From contig OX597817.1 in assembly GCA_951406725.2 (NCBI GenBank), positions 118,916,001-118,980,000 of the forward strand: 64,000 bases of DNA, read 5' to 3'. The translations under genes and the position numbers were made by a program. This stretch comes from Octopus vulgaris. Lineage: Eukaryota. Positions 26,333 through 41,660 of the stretch are shown here, one piece after another (within the stretch, counting starts at the first letter, position 1; the number at the start of each line of letters is the position of its first letter). The notes below the pieces were generated by a model. The model was not told the origin of the DNA, ran no database searches, and saw only the letters and a list, made by a program, of their open reading frames with translations.

Positions 26333-26560
26333 GTATGTGTGCGTATATGTATGTGTGTCTGTGTTTGTCCCCCCAACATTGCTTGACAACCGATGCTGAT
26401 GTGTTTACGTCCTCATAGCTTAGCGGTTCGGCAAAAGAGATCGATAAAATAAGTACTAGGCTTACAAAGAATAAGTCCTGGGGTCGATTTGCTCAACTAA
26501 AAGCGCTGCTCCAACATGGCTACAGTCAAATGACTGGAACAAGTAAAAGAGTAAAAGAAT
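26081..26560 (+). mobile_element. SINE family A, full length
   Basis: GTAGGAGTGGCTGTGTGGTAA...GGTTCAGCCCC...CTTGGGCAAATG...AAGTAAAAGAGTAAAAGA. Confidence 0.88.
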
Positions 26561-26924
26561 AAAACAACGTCTTACGTTGGTTCCAGAAATTCCTTGTAGG
26601 GAAAATCCAATTTACTTTCTTTTAAGTTAAGGGATATGTTGAAATGGAAAATGTCAACAGTATCAAACAGCCTAAGTACCAGTAATATATATATATACAG
26701 GTTCTTTCAATCCAATTGATTGAACCTGGCTCCGACAAAAATTAATCTTAGGCCTGTTTTAAAGATATCCATTGCTATCATTGTTGTTGTCATGCGAGTG
26801 TGTATACATATATATATATAAACACACACACACATATTTGTGCCCCAGCATGGCTGAAACTGATGCTATATACACACATATATATATACATATATATGCA
26901 TATAATTGTTTATATATATCTATA

Positions 26925-26962
<38 letters not shown>

Positions 26963-27326
26963 CAGATATACACAGTTACACATACACCCCACCCCCACAT
27001 ACACACTGAATTTATTTGTCTTTTTTTTTAATAATATTGAATGGAAAGGAAAACATAAAGATTGTTTTTAGTCTCTAAGATATTCAATTTAATTAGGTTT
27101 GCTATGGAGAAAATACACTTGAGAATAACCAGTTTGTTATGTTAAAAAGTTTCTCTCAGAAGTATCTCTACTCTTAATTCAATTAGCTTCTCTCGGAATA
27201 GCTTATAGTCACATTCTGCTTGAAATGTCATCAATTCAAGCACCAAATAAATGAAATATCTAAGTCTTTTGATTAATAGCTAAACCCATCCTTTCTATCT
27301 GCTTCTCTCACTCACTCACTCACTCA

Positions 27327-27358
<32 letters not shown>

Positions 27359-28218
27359 TTCTATCTATCTATCTATCTCTCATACACAGACATGCACGCA
27401 TGCTTACACTCTTTTACTCACACTATTAGTTTATATTTCGTTATATTGTTATATCTTTTGTCAACACCATCCATTGCAAGAACAAATTGGATGATTCCTG
27501 ATATATTTCAGTATATATATGACTGTTCCAAGATCAATATATTTCATTTACTCATAGCTGGATATGTTAGAAATTTTACTTTGACACCTCTTGCCCTATT
27601 CCTAAAAATAGGACTCTTACGGTAATGACAAGAAGGTTGCCAATTAGCAATTTAATTTAATCTGAAACATACAAGCATTTCGAAAATATCTGTTTTAATA
27701 AACAATTACCTCATAATAATAACGTTAGGTGGTTAACAGAGACTTACCTATCTTTTTAAATCTATGTGGCAGAGATTCAGAAACACCAGACTGCTAAGTC
27801 AACAGGTACAACAGATAAACCAGTTCAATGTTTCAGTTTTGCCTTTCAGATTTAATCTGGCTATATCCAGCCCAAATATACTACCTGTTTTAACCAGCCA
27901 GATTCAGCCTATCACGCCCACCATTCAATGCCATGCTAAAAATGCCATCTTAAAGTTTCCCTTCTACTAACATGAAAAATGTTATAGAAGCAGCTTTGCT
28001 TTTTTTAACCACTCTGTATGTCATCTATTACTAAGACTTTTGAACTTCAATGAGGCAATAAGGAAGCCTCTACATCATTTCTTGACCTGTAAGTCATGGT
28101 TGAGGCACCTTTTATCATAAATCTGATCAATTACAATTCATGTGGAGCTAAATCTCAGCAAATGAACTTAAATCTTATTGCATAATGGAATATGGTACAG
28201 GTAGGTTAAAATATTTAA

Positions 28219-28439
28219 CCTTTGGATACGAAGCTGCCTGACACTACCCTTAGTCCTGTGATACAAACTTCTTGCTTTAAAGGGATTTAAATTTAAAACC
28301 TTCTATCTAAACTTTATGGTAATTTTCCAAGTGTCAGTTTAATAATGATAATGACAGTTATTTTACTAAATTCATCATTACTTCAAAACTTATGGAAACA
28401 GTGGCAGTGCATTTCAACAGGAAATTGGTAAGGAAAGGA
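28219..28439. mobile_element. piggyBac-type MITE, older copy inverted relative to 15506
   Basis: TTAA|CCTTT... and ...GGTAAGGAAAGGA|TTGA. The internal AGTTATTTTACTAAATTC is the reverse complement of GAATTTAGTAAAATAACT in the other copy. Confidence 0.55.
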
Positions 28440-30675
28440 TTGATAGTCTCTGTTTAAGAATAAAGGTTCTAACTTCAAAATGTAGCCTGAAAAGTTTAGT
28501 GTGAATATCCAGAGAAGACAGATTAGAAAAAAACTTTAGTTATCATGAAGAAATTTCTAATCTAAATTTTTATTCATATTTGTAAGAAGGATGGTGATTG
28601 GTTGAATATTAATAATTATTTTTAACATAGACACAGGACTAAATGATTAAAGTAACATCTGACTGTTATTTTATTTTATCACCCTGAAATGGTGGAAGAT
28701 AAAGTGAAACTCAACAGAATCTGGACTCAGAATAAAAAGAGATATAACTAATTACAACAAGACAAGATACAACCTTTCAGTGAACCCAAACTGAAAATAT
28801 TGAACATATTTTCTTTGAATTGCTTTTAGGTGTTGTGTGTATAGTTGTTTGAGTATTAAAATTTATATGTAGGCATGTAATTTTGTTTTACATTTTGTTG
28901 AGTCTCAAACATAATGGCAAAGTATGTTTCAGTATGTATACTTGTAAAAATCTGATTGCTATATTTAGATCTATAAAGTAATATAGCCCATGGGGGAAGA
29001 AAGTGTAATACAACCATATAATATATATATATATATATAACATTTATCTTCATGAAGTCTACAGCTTCGAAAGCTGCATTGATTAATATACTTAAATGGA
29101 AGTCTTAAGATCTGAGTTTTTCTTAAGAGAATACCATTTCAAGAGTGAGGATACAAAACTTGTTCAGCTCAGAAGTTGTGCTTTAAGTGTGCTTTTGTAA
29201 CAAATGAAATACTAATTTTCTCTAGCCAGAAGACATACGAAATAAAGAAGAATGAAGAAGGAAACCATAATATTAGGTTCACTAAGAATGGATACTTTAT
29301 TTTTGCTTTCATGCAGTAACTGGAGGACAATATGTCTGATTCTAATCAATATTACAACCAATCCTATAAGGAATATTGTAAGGTTAATGGGGAGTGGGGT
29401 TTGCAGCTTGAAAACTGGCTATGCAATTGATGAGATTTTTCGTTGACAGATTTCTTATCGAGTCAATGGTTAGTACATTCTAGAAACATTCTAGAATGAG
29501 CTAAGATTAGCAGAAATTTAATAACCTTAAGCACATAGTGCTTGGTCAAGCAGAATCAGAAAGAAAAATACACGTACACACATACAAAAACAAAAGACAG
29601 CTTTAACAAACTCACAAACTACTGTTGGTAATAAGTGGAATCTGCTAGATAACCTAATTTCAAGAGACATAAGCAAATGAAAATATTTCTTTCGTCTTCT
29701 TTATTTTCAAACCAAAAATGAAACTTAATAAACTATTACTATTTAATTCTTCCTATATGAGAGAGAGAGGGGGAGGGAGAGAGAGAGAGAGACAGACAAT
29801 GGGAGAGAAGCAAATAGACAAAGAAAGAGAGAAAAACAGAGACACAAAGCGAAAGAGAGAGAGAGACAGAGAGAAGATAATTTTAAACAAAGAGAAGTAG
29901 AAAATCCATTAATGGAAAATTAATTACACTGAATAAATCTTATAAATAGTAAATATCTTGCAATGGCACTGAATTTTTGAATACAAGAATTATCTTTACA
30001 GGAAATTACATTGCCTAATTTCATTTATAAATTTATTGAATTTTATTTATAGGACATGAAAATAAAATCTTTACAACATACAATTAAATTTATTTTGTAA
30101 TTGCCATTTTTCAGCTATATGCCATTGATTATTTTTGATATTTTATTTTACAACAAAAAAACAAACAGCAAATAATTAAATAAATAAATAAATAAATATA
30201 AAGGCAAAAATGACAAACAAAAGAAAAAATGCTTAAATCTCTTAAACCTACAATGTCAGAATCTAACTTAGTTATCAGATTTTGAAGTTTCATTTATGAA
30301 CTAATATACTTCATTTGGAACAGGAGGATAAGAAACACGAAAGAACGAAAGATAGAAAACAGAAATGAAGATAACTTGGACTTATTTTTTTCTTCCACGG
30401 TGATAATGTGAAATGTGATGAGAGTATTTACAAAACAAAGCAGGATGGATTTTTCAAATAAATCTACACTTAGCACAGAGAAACAATGGTAATTTAGATG
30501 AAATAATAGATAAGACAAAGAAATGGAATAATAGCAAATGTTTATGAGTTTCTTTTGTTGGCCAAAGCACTCGATAGAATAGCAGCACTGTAACTGCAGA
30601 AAATAGGACCAACTGATTCCTAAAGATGTAGTCTCTTCTTAAAAGGTCAATTCATTTGCTAAAGAAACTTTAAGA

Positions 30676-30822
30676 TCATCGTCGTCATCATCATCATCAT
30701 CATCATTTAATGTCCGTTTTCCATGCTGGCATGGGTTGGACGGTTTGACTGAGAACTGAAAAACTGGGGAGCTGCACCAGGTTCCAATCTGATTTGGCAT
30801 GGTTTCTACAGCTAGATGCCAT
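30676..30822 (-). mobile_element. SINE family C 3' stub
   Basis: (CAT)n TTAATGTCCGTTTTCCATGCTGGCATGGGTTGGACGG. Confidence 0.8.
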
Positions 30823-30916
30823 CCATCCACTCCAAGAGTTAAAAGAGGAAGAGCAAGGTGTCCGTTTTAGAAATAAAGAATATATGACAGTTATAAAATG
30901 AATATCAGTAATGATA

Positions 30917-31290
30917 ACACAAGGCCAACAATTATAGGAGAAAGAGATAGTTGATTACATCAACCCTAGTGTTCAACTGGTACTTAATTTACCAACTCCG
31001 AAAGAACAAAAGACAAAGTCAACATCAGTGGGATTTAAACTCTAAATTGTGAAGAGATGGAAGAAACACTGCTAAGCATTTTGTCCAGCATGCTAAACAA
31101 TTCTGCCAGTTTCTACCTTAATGATAACAATCCTTTCTATTATAGGCACAAGGCCTGAAATTATGTGGAAGGGAACTAGCCAGTTACATCGACCCTGCCA
31201 GTGCTCAACCAGTGCTTATTTTATCGACCCTGAAAGGATGAAAGGCAAAGTTGACCTCGGTGGAATTGGAACTCAGAATGTAAGGACAAA
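30917..31290 (-). mobile_element. Two tandem SINE B2 copies
   Basis: Repeated CACAAGGCC...GGCAAAGT(C/T)(A/G)AC units joined by TTAAATGATAACAATC. Confidence 0.75.
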
Positions 31291-32024
31291 CAAAATTATT
31301 AAAGTTTAGCTAAAAGAGGAAGAGCAGGGTGTTCAAAATTAGAAGAAAGGAAAAAGAAAAAGAGACCATGACTTCTGGATTGATCTCAGACCAGAGGTCT
31401 GATTGCAATGCTTGCCACAGAATGAACTCAGTTACAGGTATAGAAGAACCTGGCACTGTAGTTGAACAGAGTGATGTATGGCATCTAATAGCTAAGCTTC
31501 TTTTCTCGCATTTACACTCACTCACACTCTCTCTCTCTATATATATATATATATATGCACGCCCCCCTTACACACTTAACTATCTATCTCTTTATTTTCT
31601 TTCACATTCACATAGGTTGAGTAGACATACAGTAGTGGCATATGCAGAGAGGTGATGTTGCGTGTTGATCTTGTAGACAACTAGATATGAGCCAAGAATA
31701 TATAAGTTATCAGAAATATCATATAGTTACAAAAGTTCAACAACTACACTATTAACAAAATGAAGAAAAAAAAAATCTATTAATGGTTCACAACCCCATG
31801 CTGCTGTTTTATTCTCACAAAAATGTCTTGGTATGTTTACTGCTGTCCCCTGCCCCATTACTTTCACACCTAAAATAAGTAAACAATTTTTATATCAGAC
31901 AGCTATTTGATTTTCATTGGTGTGTATACATCACTGTATAAATGAGTGAATGCATGCATTTTTGTGTATATGTGTCTATATACATATACACATTATATAT
32001 ATATATATAAATATATATACATAG

Positions 32025-32061
<37 letters not shown>

Positions 32062-33451
32062 ATGTATGTATATATATAATGTATGTATATATATACATAC
32101 ATACACACACATGCATGCATATATATAAACACATGCACACACATACATACACATGGATATACAGAAATACAATTCTGTAAGTTCAAAAGTTATTAATTTT
32201 ATTCTCCATTTTTTATATTTCATTTCTTATGATAACTGCTACTACTACTACTACTACTAGCTACAGCTTCAATCGAGACTTTTATTGTTAGACATAACTT
32301 GGTTTTAGTATCACTATCATCGTAATGCCAGAAAACATGCAAACTCTTTTCAGAATAAGAGTAGTGCTCTGCACGAAATGAAAGCAACAAAAGAGAAAGG
32401 CAGAGGAGGCGGGGGTCATCCCAAAAAGATTGAAGGAGAGAAAGAAAAGTGTGGGAGAGAGACAAAATGAGATTTATAGTTTTTAGATTAGCAATGTATA
32501 AACTACTTTCAGTAATAATATTTTTCTCTCTCACTCTGTGTGTGTGTGTGTATGTATGTATGTATGAATGTATATATGTATGTATGTATAAAGGCCAATC
32601 AAAATATAATTTTAAAAAACAATAAAAGGAACATGAACACAATTTGAAATTGCCTTCAATGAAGTATAAAATGATGTTTAAGTATTAGTAGATGGGGAAG
32701 GCGGGGGGGGGGTGAAAATTACCAGAAATAAAAAAAATGTATATAAACCAAAAAACTAAAATCTGAAAATGAGAAATATGATAAAAGAAAACAATAAAAA
32801 ATTGAAAACTTAACAAAAAAATATTGGAAAATATAATGTAAAAATTTGAAAAAGAAAAAAATGGGGGTTGGGAAACATAGCGATAAGAAAGAGAAAAAAA
32901 GCTATGAAATCAGTTTAAAGTAGGAGAACCTTGAGGAATGAAAGGCAAAAAAGAAGAAAAAGTATAAGAATAACAATAATGAACTAATCCTTGAACCAAA
33001 AGAGTAATAAATAGTGTAATGTAAAGAATATTAGTAAAAAAATTAGATTCAATATGATAGCATGTTTAAAATATTATACTTTTATTGAAAGGCAGGTAGT
33101 GTGGAATATAATAGTAGTGTGCCGCTAGGTTAAGATGAAAGATAAATATAATTGTAGGCACTGGTTTTTTCCAAATGTTAGCTGCAAATGTTGTTAAATA
33201 AGTTTGAAATACTGAATATTTTTGTTTCATAATTTATCTGCCACATATCAGGGCAGGTTCATAAGAAGCCAAAAAAAATTGTTATCACCATCATTTCTGT
33301 TTAGTTAGTGAGGTATAATGCAGTCTTAACTATAGCGGAGTCTAAACATCTAGTATTTAAAAATCAATATTTTAATAGTATTTTTTTTTCCTTTTATTAA
33401 AATTGGCCTAAAGTACAATACTAATCTTCCTCTTGACATTATTTGTATATA

Positions 33452-33540
33452 TTTCATCAACCCCAAAAGGATGAAAGGCAAGTCAAACTTGATTCTGCCA
33501 GTTCAACACCTTGATGATAATAATAATAATAATAATAATG

Positions 33541-33601
<61 letters not shown>

Positions 33602-34375
33602 TAATAATGATTTCAAATTTCAGCACAAGGACAGCAATTTTGGGGAAGGGATATGCCAATTGTTCAACTGGAACTTATGTTATCGACCTTGAAAAGATGA
33701 AAGTCAAAGTCAACCTCAGTGGAATTTGAACTCAGACATACGAAACACTGCTAAGCAATATGCCTCATATGCTAATGATTCTGCCAGCTCACTACCTTAA
33801 TGGCAATAATAATAATTCTTTCTATTATAGGCACAATGCTTGAAATTTTGGAGGAGGGGAAAGTCAATCACATTGACCTAAGTACTTGACTGGTACTTAA
33901 TTTACCAACCCTGAAAGGATGAAAGGCAAAGTTGGCCATAGTAGAATTTGAACTCAGATCATAGCGAGATGCACGAAATACCACTAAGTATTTCATTCAG
34001 CATGCTAACAATTCTGACAGCTTGCCACCATAATGCTGATGATAAATAATTGCTTTAAATTCTGGTACAAAGCCAGCAGTTTCAAGGGCTGGGGTTTAGC
34101 TGATACCATCAACCCCGGTGATTGATAGATATATCATTTTATCAGCCCTGAAAGGATGAAAGGCAAAATTGACCGTGACAAGTTACAAAGCCAGAACGTT
34201 TGAGAAAGGAGCAGTTGATATTATTGACCCTCAGTACATAACTGGTACTTTATCTTACTTCCCTCCAAAGAACATAACACAAAAGTGGCCTCAACAGGAT
34301 TCAAACTCAAAACATAAAGAACTAGAACAAATACTGCAAGGCATTTTCACTGATGTTGCAATAATTCTGCCAATC
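33452..34375 (-). mobile_element. Tandem array of about five complete or partial SINE B2 copies with (TAA)n linkers
   Basis: GGATGAAAGGCAA-type motif at ~33469, 33694, 33917 and 34153, plus a decayed fifth unit. (TAA)n at 33515-33610 and ~33805. Confidence 0.8.
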
Positions 34376-35067
34376 CTAAATAATATTTTTAGCCATTATC
34401 ATCAATACCATAACCACCATCATCAGCATCATGATCATCATCATCGTAGCTGTCAGTGATGGGTAATGCAGAGTAAGTCCAAGGCCACCCATCCCCACCC
34501 CATAAGCAACTTTTGCTCTTCAGTTCAAAAAGGTTTCATGTCCCACTTAAAAAATGATTATTTGTTTATTTGGAGAAAATGAAGAAGAAAGACGGAGAGG
34601 GAGAGAGAGAGAGAGAGAAAAGAGAGAAAGAAGGCTGAAAGAAAAACAGGAAGAAAGAAAAGATGAAGCAAAGGTAGGTATATTTGAAATATTCAATGAA
34701 ACGGTGAATGTAAGCCAATAAATATTGATTATATCTCGTATTTCAGTTTAAAGACTATCAGACTGTCTATTATTGTTTTGGTAAGAGAGCAACGATAAAT
34801 GATGACTGAATTGAAGAATTAAAGCAATGTGGGAGGAAATGGTGCTGATGGTGGAAGGGAGGGCAGTAATGGAGGAGGGGGGAAAGTAGTGGTGGAAACG
34901 TGGATGATGATGATGATGATGATGATGATAATGGAGGAGGAGAAGGTAGTAGAAACGGTGGTGGTGGTGGTGGTAATGATAATGATGAGGGGTGGGGGGT
35001 GGGAAGGTGGAGGAAGAGGAAGTGGTGATAGAAATAATGATAATGATGAGAAGAATGAACAGAAGGA

Positions 35068-35230
<163 letters not shown>

Positions 35231-35599
35231 ATAACACCGGTATTGAGAAGGAAGAAGTGGTACAAGAAAAAAGAGGAGGAAGTTATGTAGATTTGAAAGA
35301 AACTTCTTTCTGACTTTGGATAATTAATGTAACTCATATGACTGACATAGAAAATCTCAGTCAAGGATAATATGACTTGGTAATGGCTCTGTTTACTGAG
35401 ATTATAAAATTATAACACTATTTCTGCAGAAAAAGAGTTCAAATATATATATACATACATATATATATATATATATCCAACTAACGATGGATGGCATGTG
35501 AGAACACAGAATCCACGTATAGTTGGATATTAAGATTATGTTTTGGTTTTAACACTGCCTGTGTTGTTGATATTTTATACATACACACACACACACATA

Positions 35600-35655
<56 letters not shown>

Positions 35656-35656
<1 letters not shown>

Positions 35657-35996
35657 GAGACCCCCTTCGGTCATGACACAGACCATGGGATTGCATCTAG
35701 AAAGTTACCTTCCCAGGCACGAGTCCGGGCAAGGTTGTTTTTATGGAAGACCAGCAGTCACACATGCATACCGGCCTCCCCTCTTCATGCCACCAGTGTT
35801 ATCCAAGGGAAAGGCAAGGGCCAATACAGCTTGGCACCTGTGACGTCGCAACTCATTTCTACAGCTGAGTGAACTGGAGCAACGTGAAATAATGAGTCTT
35901 ACTCAAGAACACAACATGCAGCCCGGTCCAGGATTCGAGCTCACAACCTCATGATTGTAAGCTTGACACTCTAACCACTGAGCCATGCACGTTCAC
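35656..35996 (-). mobile_element. SINE family D, full length
   Basis: tRNA-like head (reverse complement of GGATTCGAGCTC...CTAACCACTGAGCCATGCAC). The tail abuts (TA)n. Confidence 0.82.
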
Positions 35997-36005
35997 ATGA
36001 ATGTA

Positions 36006-36080
<75 letters not shown>

Positions 36081-36632
36081 AGAAATATATATATGTACGT
36101 ATGTTTATAAATGTCTTTATGGAGAAAAAGACAATAGGTTAAGGGTTTAGTCAATTCATCTGGATTACTAGAAATTTTGGTTTGCATAATATGAATTTCC
36201 CCATGAGTAGATGAAGAGAAGAAGCAGTGTTAACTAACAACAACTACTACTACTACCACTACTGTTACTACTACAGCCACAACTTTGGTTTCGGATAATT
36301 TTGCAATTAGGGGATTTCAGAATGAATGAGTATTCATAACCAACATCTGGGATAGACAAAAGGTCTATCTTTTAGACACATTTATTTATTACTTGTTTGT
36401 ATCTTAAAAATATTCTTGAGTTGGCACTTCAGAGAGAAAAGCAGTGAGGAGTAGTAGCCAAAAAATAACAGAAAACTGGATACATCCCTCCAAAATATGT
36501 TGGAAGTGCTTATTGGATAAAGCAAAAAAAAAAAAAAAAAAATTATAGAAAAGAGAATTAAAAATAAATAATAAAACAAAACAAAAAACAACTCAGCAGT
36601 AAAGTGACATATTTACAAACACTGTTTCAATT

Positions 36633-36833
36633 CATCATCATCATCATCATCATCATCATCGTTTAACGTCCGTTCTCCATGCTAGCATGGGTTGGACGGT
36701 TCGACTGGGGATCTGGGAAGCCAGAAGGCTGCACCAGGCTCCGGTCTTATCTGGCAATGTTTCTACAGCTGGATGCCCTTCCTAACGCCAACTACTCCGT
36801 GAGTGTAGTGGGTGCTTTTTACGTGCCACCTGC
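36633..36833 (-). mobile_element. SINE family C, 5'-truncated
   Basis: (CAT)n CGTTTAACGTCCGTTCTCCATGCTAGCATGGGTTGGACGG...GTGGGTGCTTTTTACGTGCCACC. Confidence 0.85.
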
Positions 36834-38830
36834 ACTAACAACTGGAAATAACTTATGCACAACATAAAATACAAATATACAAATAGTAACAACACAGGAT
36901 GTGGAATCTTAAACTAAATTATTATAACTCCTTTACTCAGCATTATAAGCCAAAGAGAAGTTTTAAACATGGACTGAGTCTAGACAATAAAAAAATAAAA
37001 GGTATGACTGTGGTACATTACAAAGGTGTATGTTTCATTGACGAAGAAATTTAAATGAGAGTGTTTTGCAAAAGCTGCAGGAAGTTTCCACCTTCCCTGA
37101 AAGATACGCTTAGAGAAAGCCCAAGATGATGTACGGCATTGTAATTGCTACATCAGTAGTGGTAAGGCACCTGCAAGTCTGTGTCTGGTGTTCAAAAGTG
37201 AAGCTCAAATAAGAAAGCAAACAGAACTGATACGCCACACATCTGCCTTTGTAGACTAGTGTGCAATACATGAAATGGTGTAACAGACCACAACCAACTT
37301 ACATGCATACCAACGTACACACACACACACACACATACATACATACATACATACATACATACATTTATGCAACATATTCCTATTTAAAACAACTCGGAAA
37401 ACTGCAATTTAAGTGAAATCTTCAATAATATAAAGTAAAGTAGAAAAATATCAAATAATGGCTCTTATAAGATTTCTGTTTAGAAATTGTCTGAGATGAA
37501 TGCTAGAGAAGAAAACATGACTAGACTTGTAAGAGACATCATTTTATTAAATTTACATACATACAAATATATATAACACATACACACATATATCTAATAC
37601 AATAAATGCATAAACTAATTTCTGTGTGTTAGTGTGTCACACTTTGACCTCCCTCTCTCACTATGCAATGACACTTCTACTATTCCTCATGATGGGGTGA
37701 GAGTAATAGTAGGCATAGAGAGCAGTGGTAAAGACAGACAGACGGAGAGAAAGAAAATGAGGAGCAAAAGAGAGACAAAGAAATTTAGAGAGAGTTGATG
37801 ATGTTTTATTAAAAATAGTAGTGTTGATGGTGGCACTGGGAGTAATAATAAGAGGGAAAGAAAGAGTGGGTATGTGAGAGAGACTGAACACTGAACCAGC
37901 ATGCTGAACTAGCATACTGAGCACTGATGGTAATGAGGTGACAGTAGTAGTATGAGCTGTAGTTGTGATAGAGGTGGAGGCAGTGGTGAAGATGGTGGTG
38001 GTAGTGGTGGTAACCAAGGCCCTCAGGAATGAGGGTGAGAGTAAATGATGAGGAAGATAGTGGTGATGGTGGTGGAGGGGAAAGCGGTGAAGTCAAAAGT
38101 ATTGATGGTGGTGGCATCAGAAATCTGAATGGTGTGTATGGCAGATATGGTGACAATGGTGGTGATACTGTTCTTATGCAGCTTTGTAATAAGTTCCAAG
38201 TCAACAATTGTATGGTTGTTTTGATGAAAATTGTTCATTGCTTTAAAAATATTGTTCAAGAGAGAGAGACACACACCAGATATATATAGATATATACATT
38301 ATCATAATTCATTGTCTATCTTCCATGCTAGCATGTGTTGGTACAGTTTCCATAACTGAATATTCTATCAAACACCAGCCACTTTCCAGAGTGTACTGAG
38401 TGTATTTGCCACAACACCAACACAAAGTAACTCACAAGACAAAGAAAAGTATTCCTTGGCTGGGTGGCATTCTAGAAGAGAGGGAGGTGCTGGGAGCTTA
38501 AAATATGAGAAGGGGAGAGGAAGAGGCATCTTACTATAACAATATAAGGCTACTCCACATTATATAAACGTGAGTGGAAGTAAAGGTAAAGAAGGTAAAG
38601 ACATAAGAGTGACTCAAGGAGGAGTAAGTGATAAGTGACAGTACAATAAGGGTAGAGAGCAGAAGTATAATAAATCTGTAGATAGATCAGAAATAGGAAA
38701 ATCATGTGCAGCATGGGAAAGGGAAGTGGAGAAGAAGAAAAAGATGTACAGTGACACAGATTGATGTTAGAGATACATAGTGGAGGCTATAGTGAATGAG
38801 GACAGATTAGTGGGTGGAGCATCAACAGCA

Positions 38831-39225
38831 ATGGAGGTGCAATGGCCCAATGGTTGGGGCAGCGTCTCATGGTCGGAGGATCGTGGTTTCGATTCCCAGA
38901 CCGGGCGTTGTATGTGTTTATTGAGCGAAAACACCTAAAGCTCCACAAGCCTCCAGCAGGGGGTGATGGCGACCACTGTTGTACTCTTTCACCCCAACTT
39001 TCTCTCACTCTTTCTTCCTGTTTCTTCTCCCTGACTTCCTATGCAACCGCTGAGCCTGGATGCGCATTCATCCATCTGTCGATGCTCTTGGTGTTGGGGG
39101 TTGACCTGCTTTCTCTTCTGCGGGTCTTATGAATAGCAAAGGACCATGTTTCGGACTTCTCCCCACTACAGAGGCGCGATCTTGTGAGCTCTGGGACGAA
39201 GATTGCTTCACTCAACAGCAACAGT
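38831..39225 (+). mobile_element. SINE family F (single copy here), with a 13-bp TSD
   Basis: TSD AGCATCAACAGCA at 38818-38830 and 39226-39238. A box TGGCCCAATGG, B box GTTTCGATTCC, and a CAACAG-type tail. Confidence 0.8.
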
Positions 39226-40227
39226 AGCATCAACAGCAGATATGAGAGAGTGCTAAAGATAAGGCATGGCAGTCCTAAGATGTAGCGCAGTGGACAGGAA
39301 GAGATAACTAGAGGGAAAGAAAGAGGTGATCAATGGGAATGAAGGAAGGGGTTATATTGAGAATGAGGAAGGGGTGAAATATGTAAAGTTCTACTCTCAT
39401 AGGATTAGACCAGCTGAATAGTTAAACAATGGGATGGATGTTAGAAAGATGAAAGGTAGGGAACGCTTAGAGAGGACAAATTAGGTGCAAGACACATACT
39501 CTTGCTTAACTGTTCTAGTTGGTGAATGAAACAGGAAGGGAGCACTCAATACATGTACTGAGCACCCCCAATAAAACTGCATTTCTAACTGAAGTTTCAT
39601 GCTGAAACAATACATAAACATTATATGTTACAGTCTGTGTGTGTGTGTGTGTGTGTGTGTATACATACAAACATACACACACAGACACCCACCCACACAC
39701 AGAGTGAGAGGGGAAACAGAGTGAAAACAGATTTCACTTTTGAGGTCATAAATAGCAATATATACTGATTATTGCAGGAGTAATCTAGCAATCTGATATA
39801 GATCAACCATTTATATTTATTACATATATTTTTACAAAATAAAAGATATTAATAAAAAAAATTCTCTCACAGTTACCATCATTATTGCGGTTGTTGTTGT
39901 TATTGTTTATAGTTACTTATATCTTTTTCCTATTGTTACTTGCATCTTGATAAATATATTTCAAAACATACGTATACATACAAGAGTGCAAATATACACA
40001 CACACACACACACTTAGAAGCATACACTCATATACACAAATAAACAGATATAAGTAAAAAACAAGAAAAAACTGAAACACATGATAAATGGAATTCTTAT
40101 TTTGCTCATATTTTTTGGCCTTTTTTTTGTATATTTATGTAATTCTTGTACTATATATCAAAGAGATTTGCTGTTTTATTTATGTGTTTTTCTTAAAGTT
40201 TTTAGCATTATTATTCATTATTATACA

Positions 40228-40273
<46 letters not shown>

Positions 40274-40305
40274 ATACATATATACATATATACATATAAA
40301 CATAT

Positions 40306-40346
<41 letters not shown>

Positions 40347-40874
40347 CTTATTTGTTTACAAAATATTTACTTATTCATATGTATTTTATTTTTGTAACAA
40401 ATTTGTTATTTGTAACATCTGAACTTACAGGAACAAAAGTAATAAGTTGAAATGATATACCTATGCTACTCAATATTCTACCTTCCTTAAACATACAGTC
40501 TCTTGCAAATATGTATTTTGTGTGTATATATTCACACATTTCTCACATATAAGCTTGTGTAAACCAACACATATGTGCTTACATATATATATATATATAG
40601 GCACAAAACCACACAAACACAATTACTTTACTTCCACATGAAAGCTTTGTAAGTGCGATCAATAGCTTTGCTTTCTACAATTATATATATACTTCTATAC
40701 CCATATATGTGTGTTTAGATCTAATGAATGCAATTAATGATAACCTTGAACATTAGGATTCATTCACCATCTAGCTCTCTTGCAAGCATATGGTTTCGAC
40801 ATAACTTATTTGCTTTCTCCCACACAATCTTTCCAAAGACGCCCTGGAAAAAATTAAAAGACTTTTGGACACAG

Positions 40875-40908
<34 letters not shown>

Positions 40909-41299
40909 TGTGATGTGCATGAGAATCCAAGAGCATTGGTTATTGAGGAGTGCGAACTGAAACAGCAGCAAGTGGCAAAGCAAATTCTTGTCACAATATG
41001 AATATAAACACATATTCCTTCAAAATATTGAAAAACAGATACAGGTTCATGACAGGAAGAGCATCTTGTAGAAACATCCTGCTTCAAATAACTGTGTCCA
41101 TCCCATTCTGGTATGGAAAAACAGACATTCAATAATCAAAAAGTAAGTGTTTTCCCATAATTATTCATGTGACCAAACCAAAGATCTTGTGAAACAACTA
41201 ACCAAGAGAGGTGCTGTTAGCATCATATCACAGTTATTGCATAATGTCTCTGACTGAGAAACTTCATTCTTAAATCAACCACACAGCATACCTCTTTAA

Positions 41300-41610
41300 T
41301 CATTTGTTTCAGGTCACTGGACTGTGGCCATGTTGGGGCACTTCCTTGAAGTGTTTAGCTGAATAATTCATGCCCAGTACTTATCCTATCAGTCTCTTTT
41401 GCTGAACCACTAAGCTATGGGGACATAAACTGATACCAGTTGTCAGGTTGTGGTGGGGAACACAACACATCGCACACACACATAGAAGGCCTTGGTTGGC
41501 CCAGGGCTATAGAAGAAGACATGTGCCCAAGGTGCTGCACAATGGGACTGAACCGAAGACCATATGGTTGGGAAGAAAGCTTCTTAACTACACACCTGCA
41601 CCTATACCTG
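41300..41610 (-). mobile_element. SINE family A, internally deleted
   Basis: A-type tail and head motifs are both present. Confidence 0.75.
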
Positions 41611-41660
41611 TAAATATTTGGTACAAGTTAAACAATAAATAAACATAATAAGCAAAGACA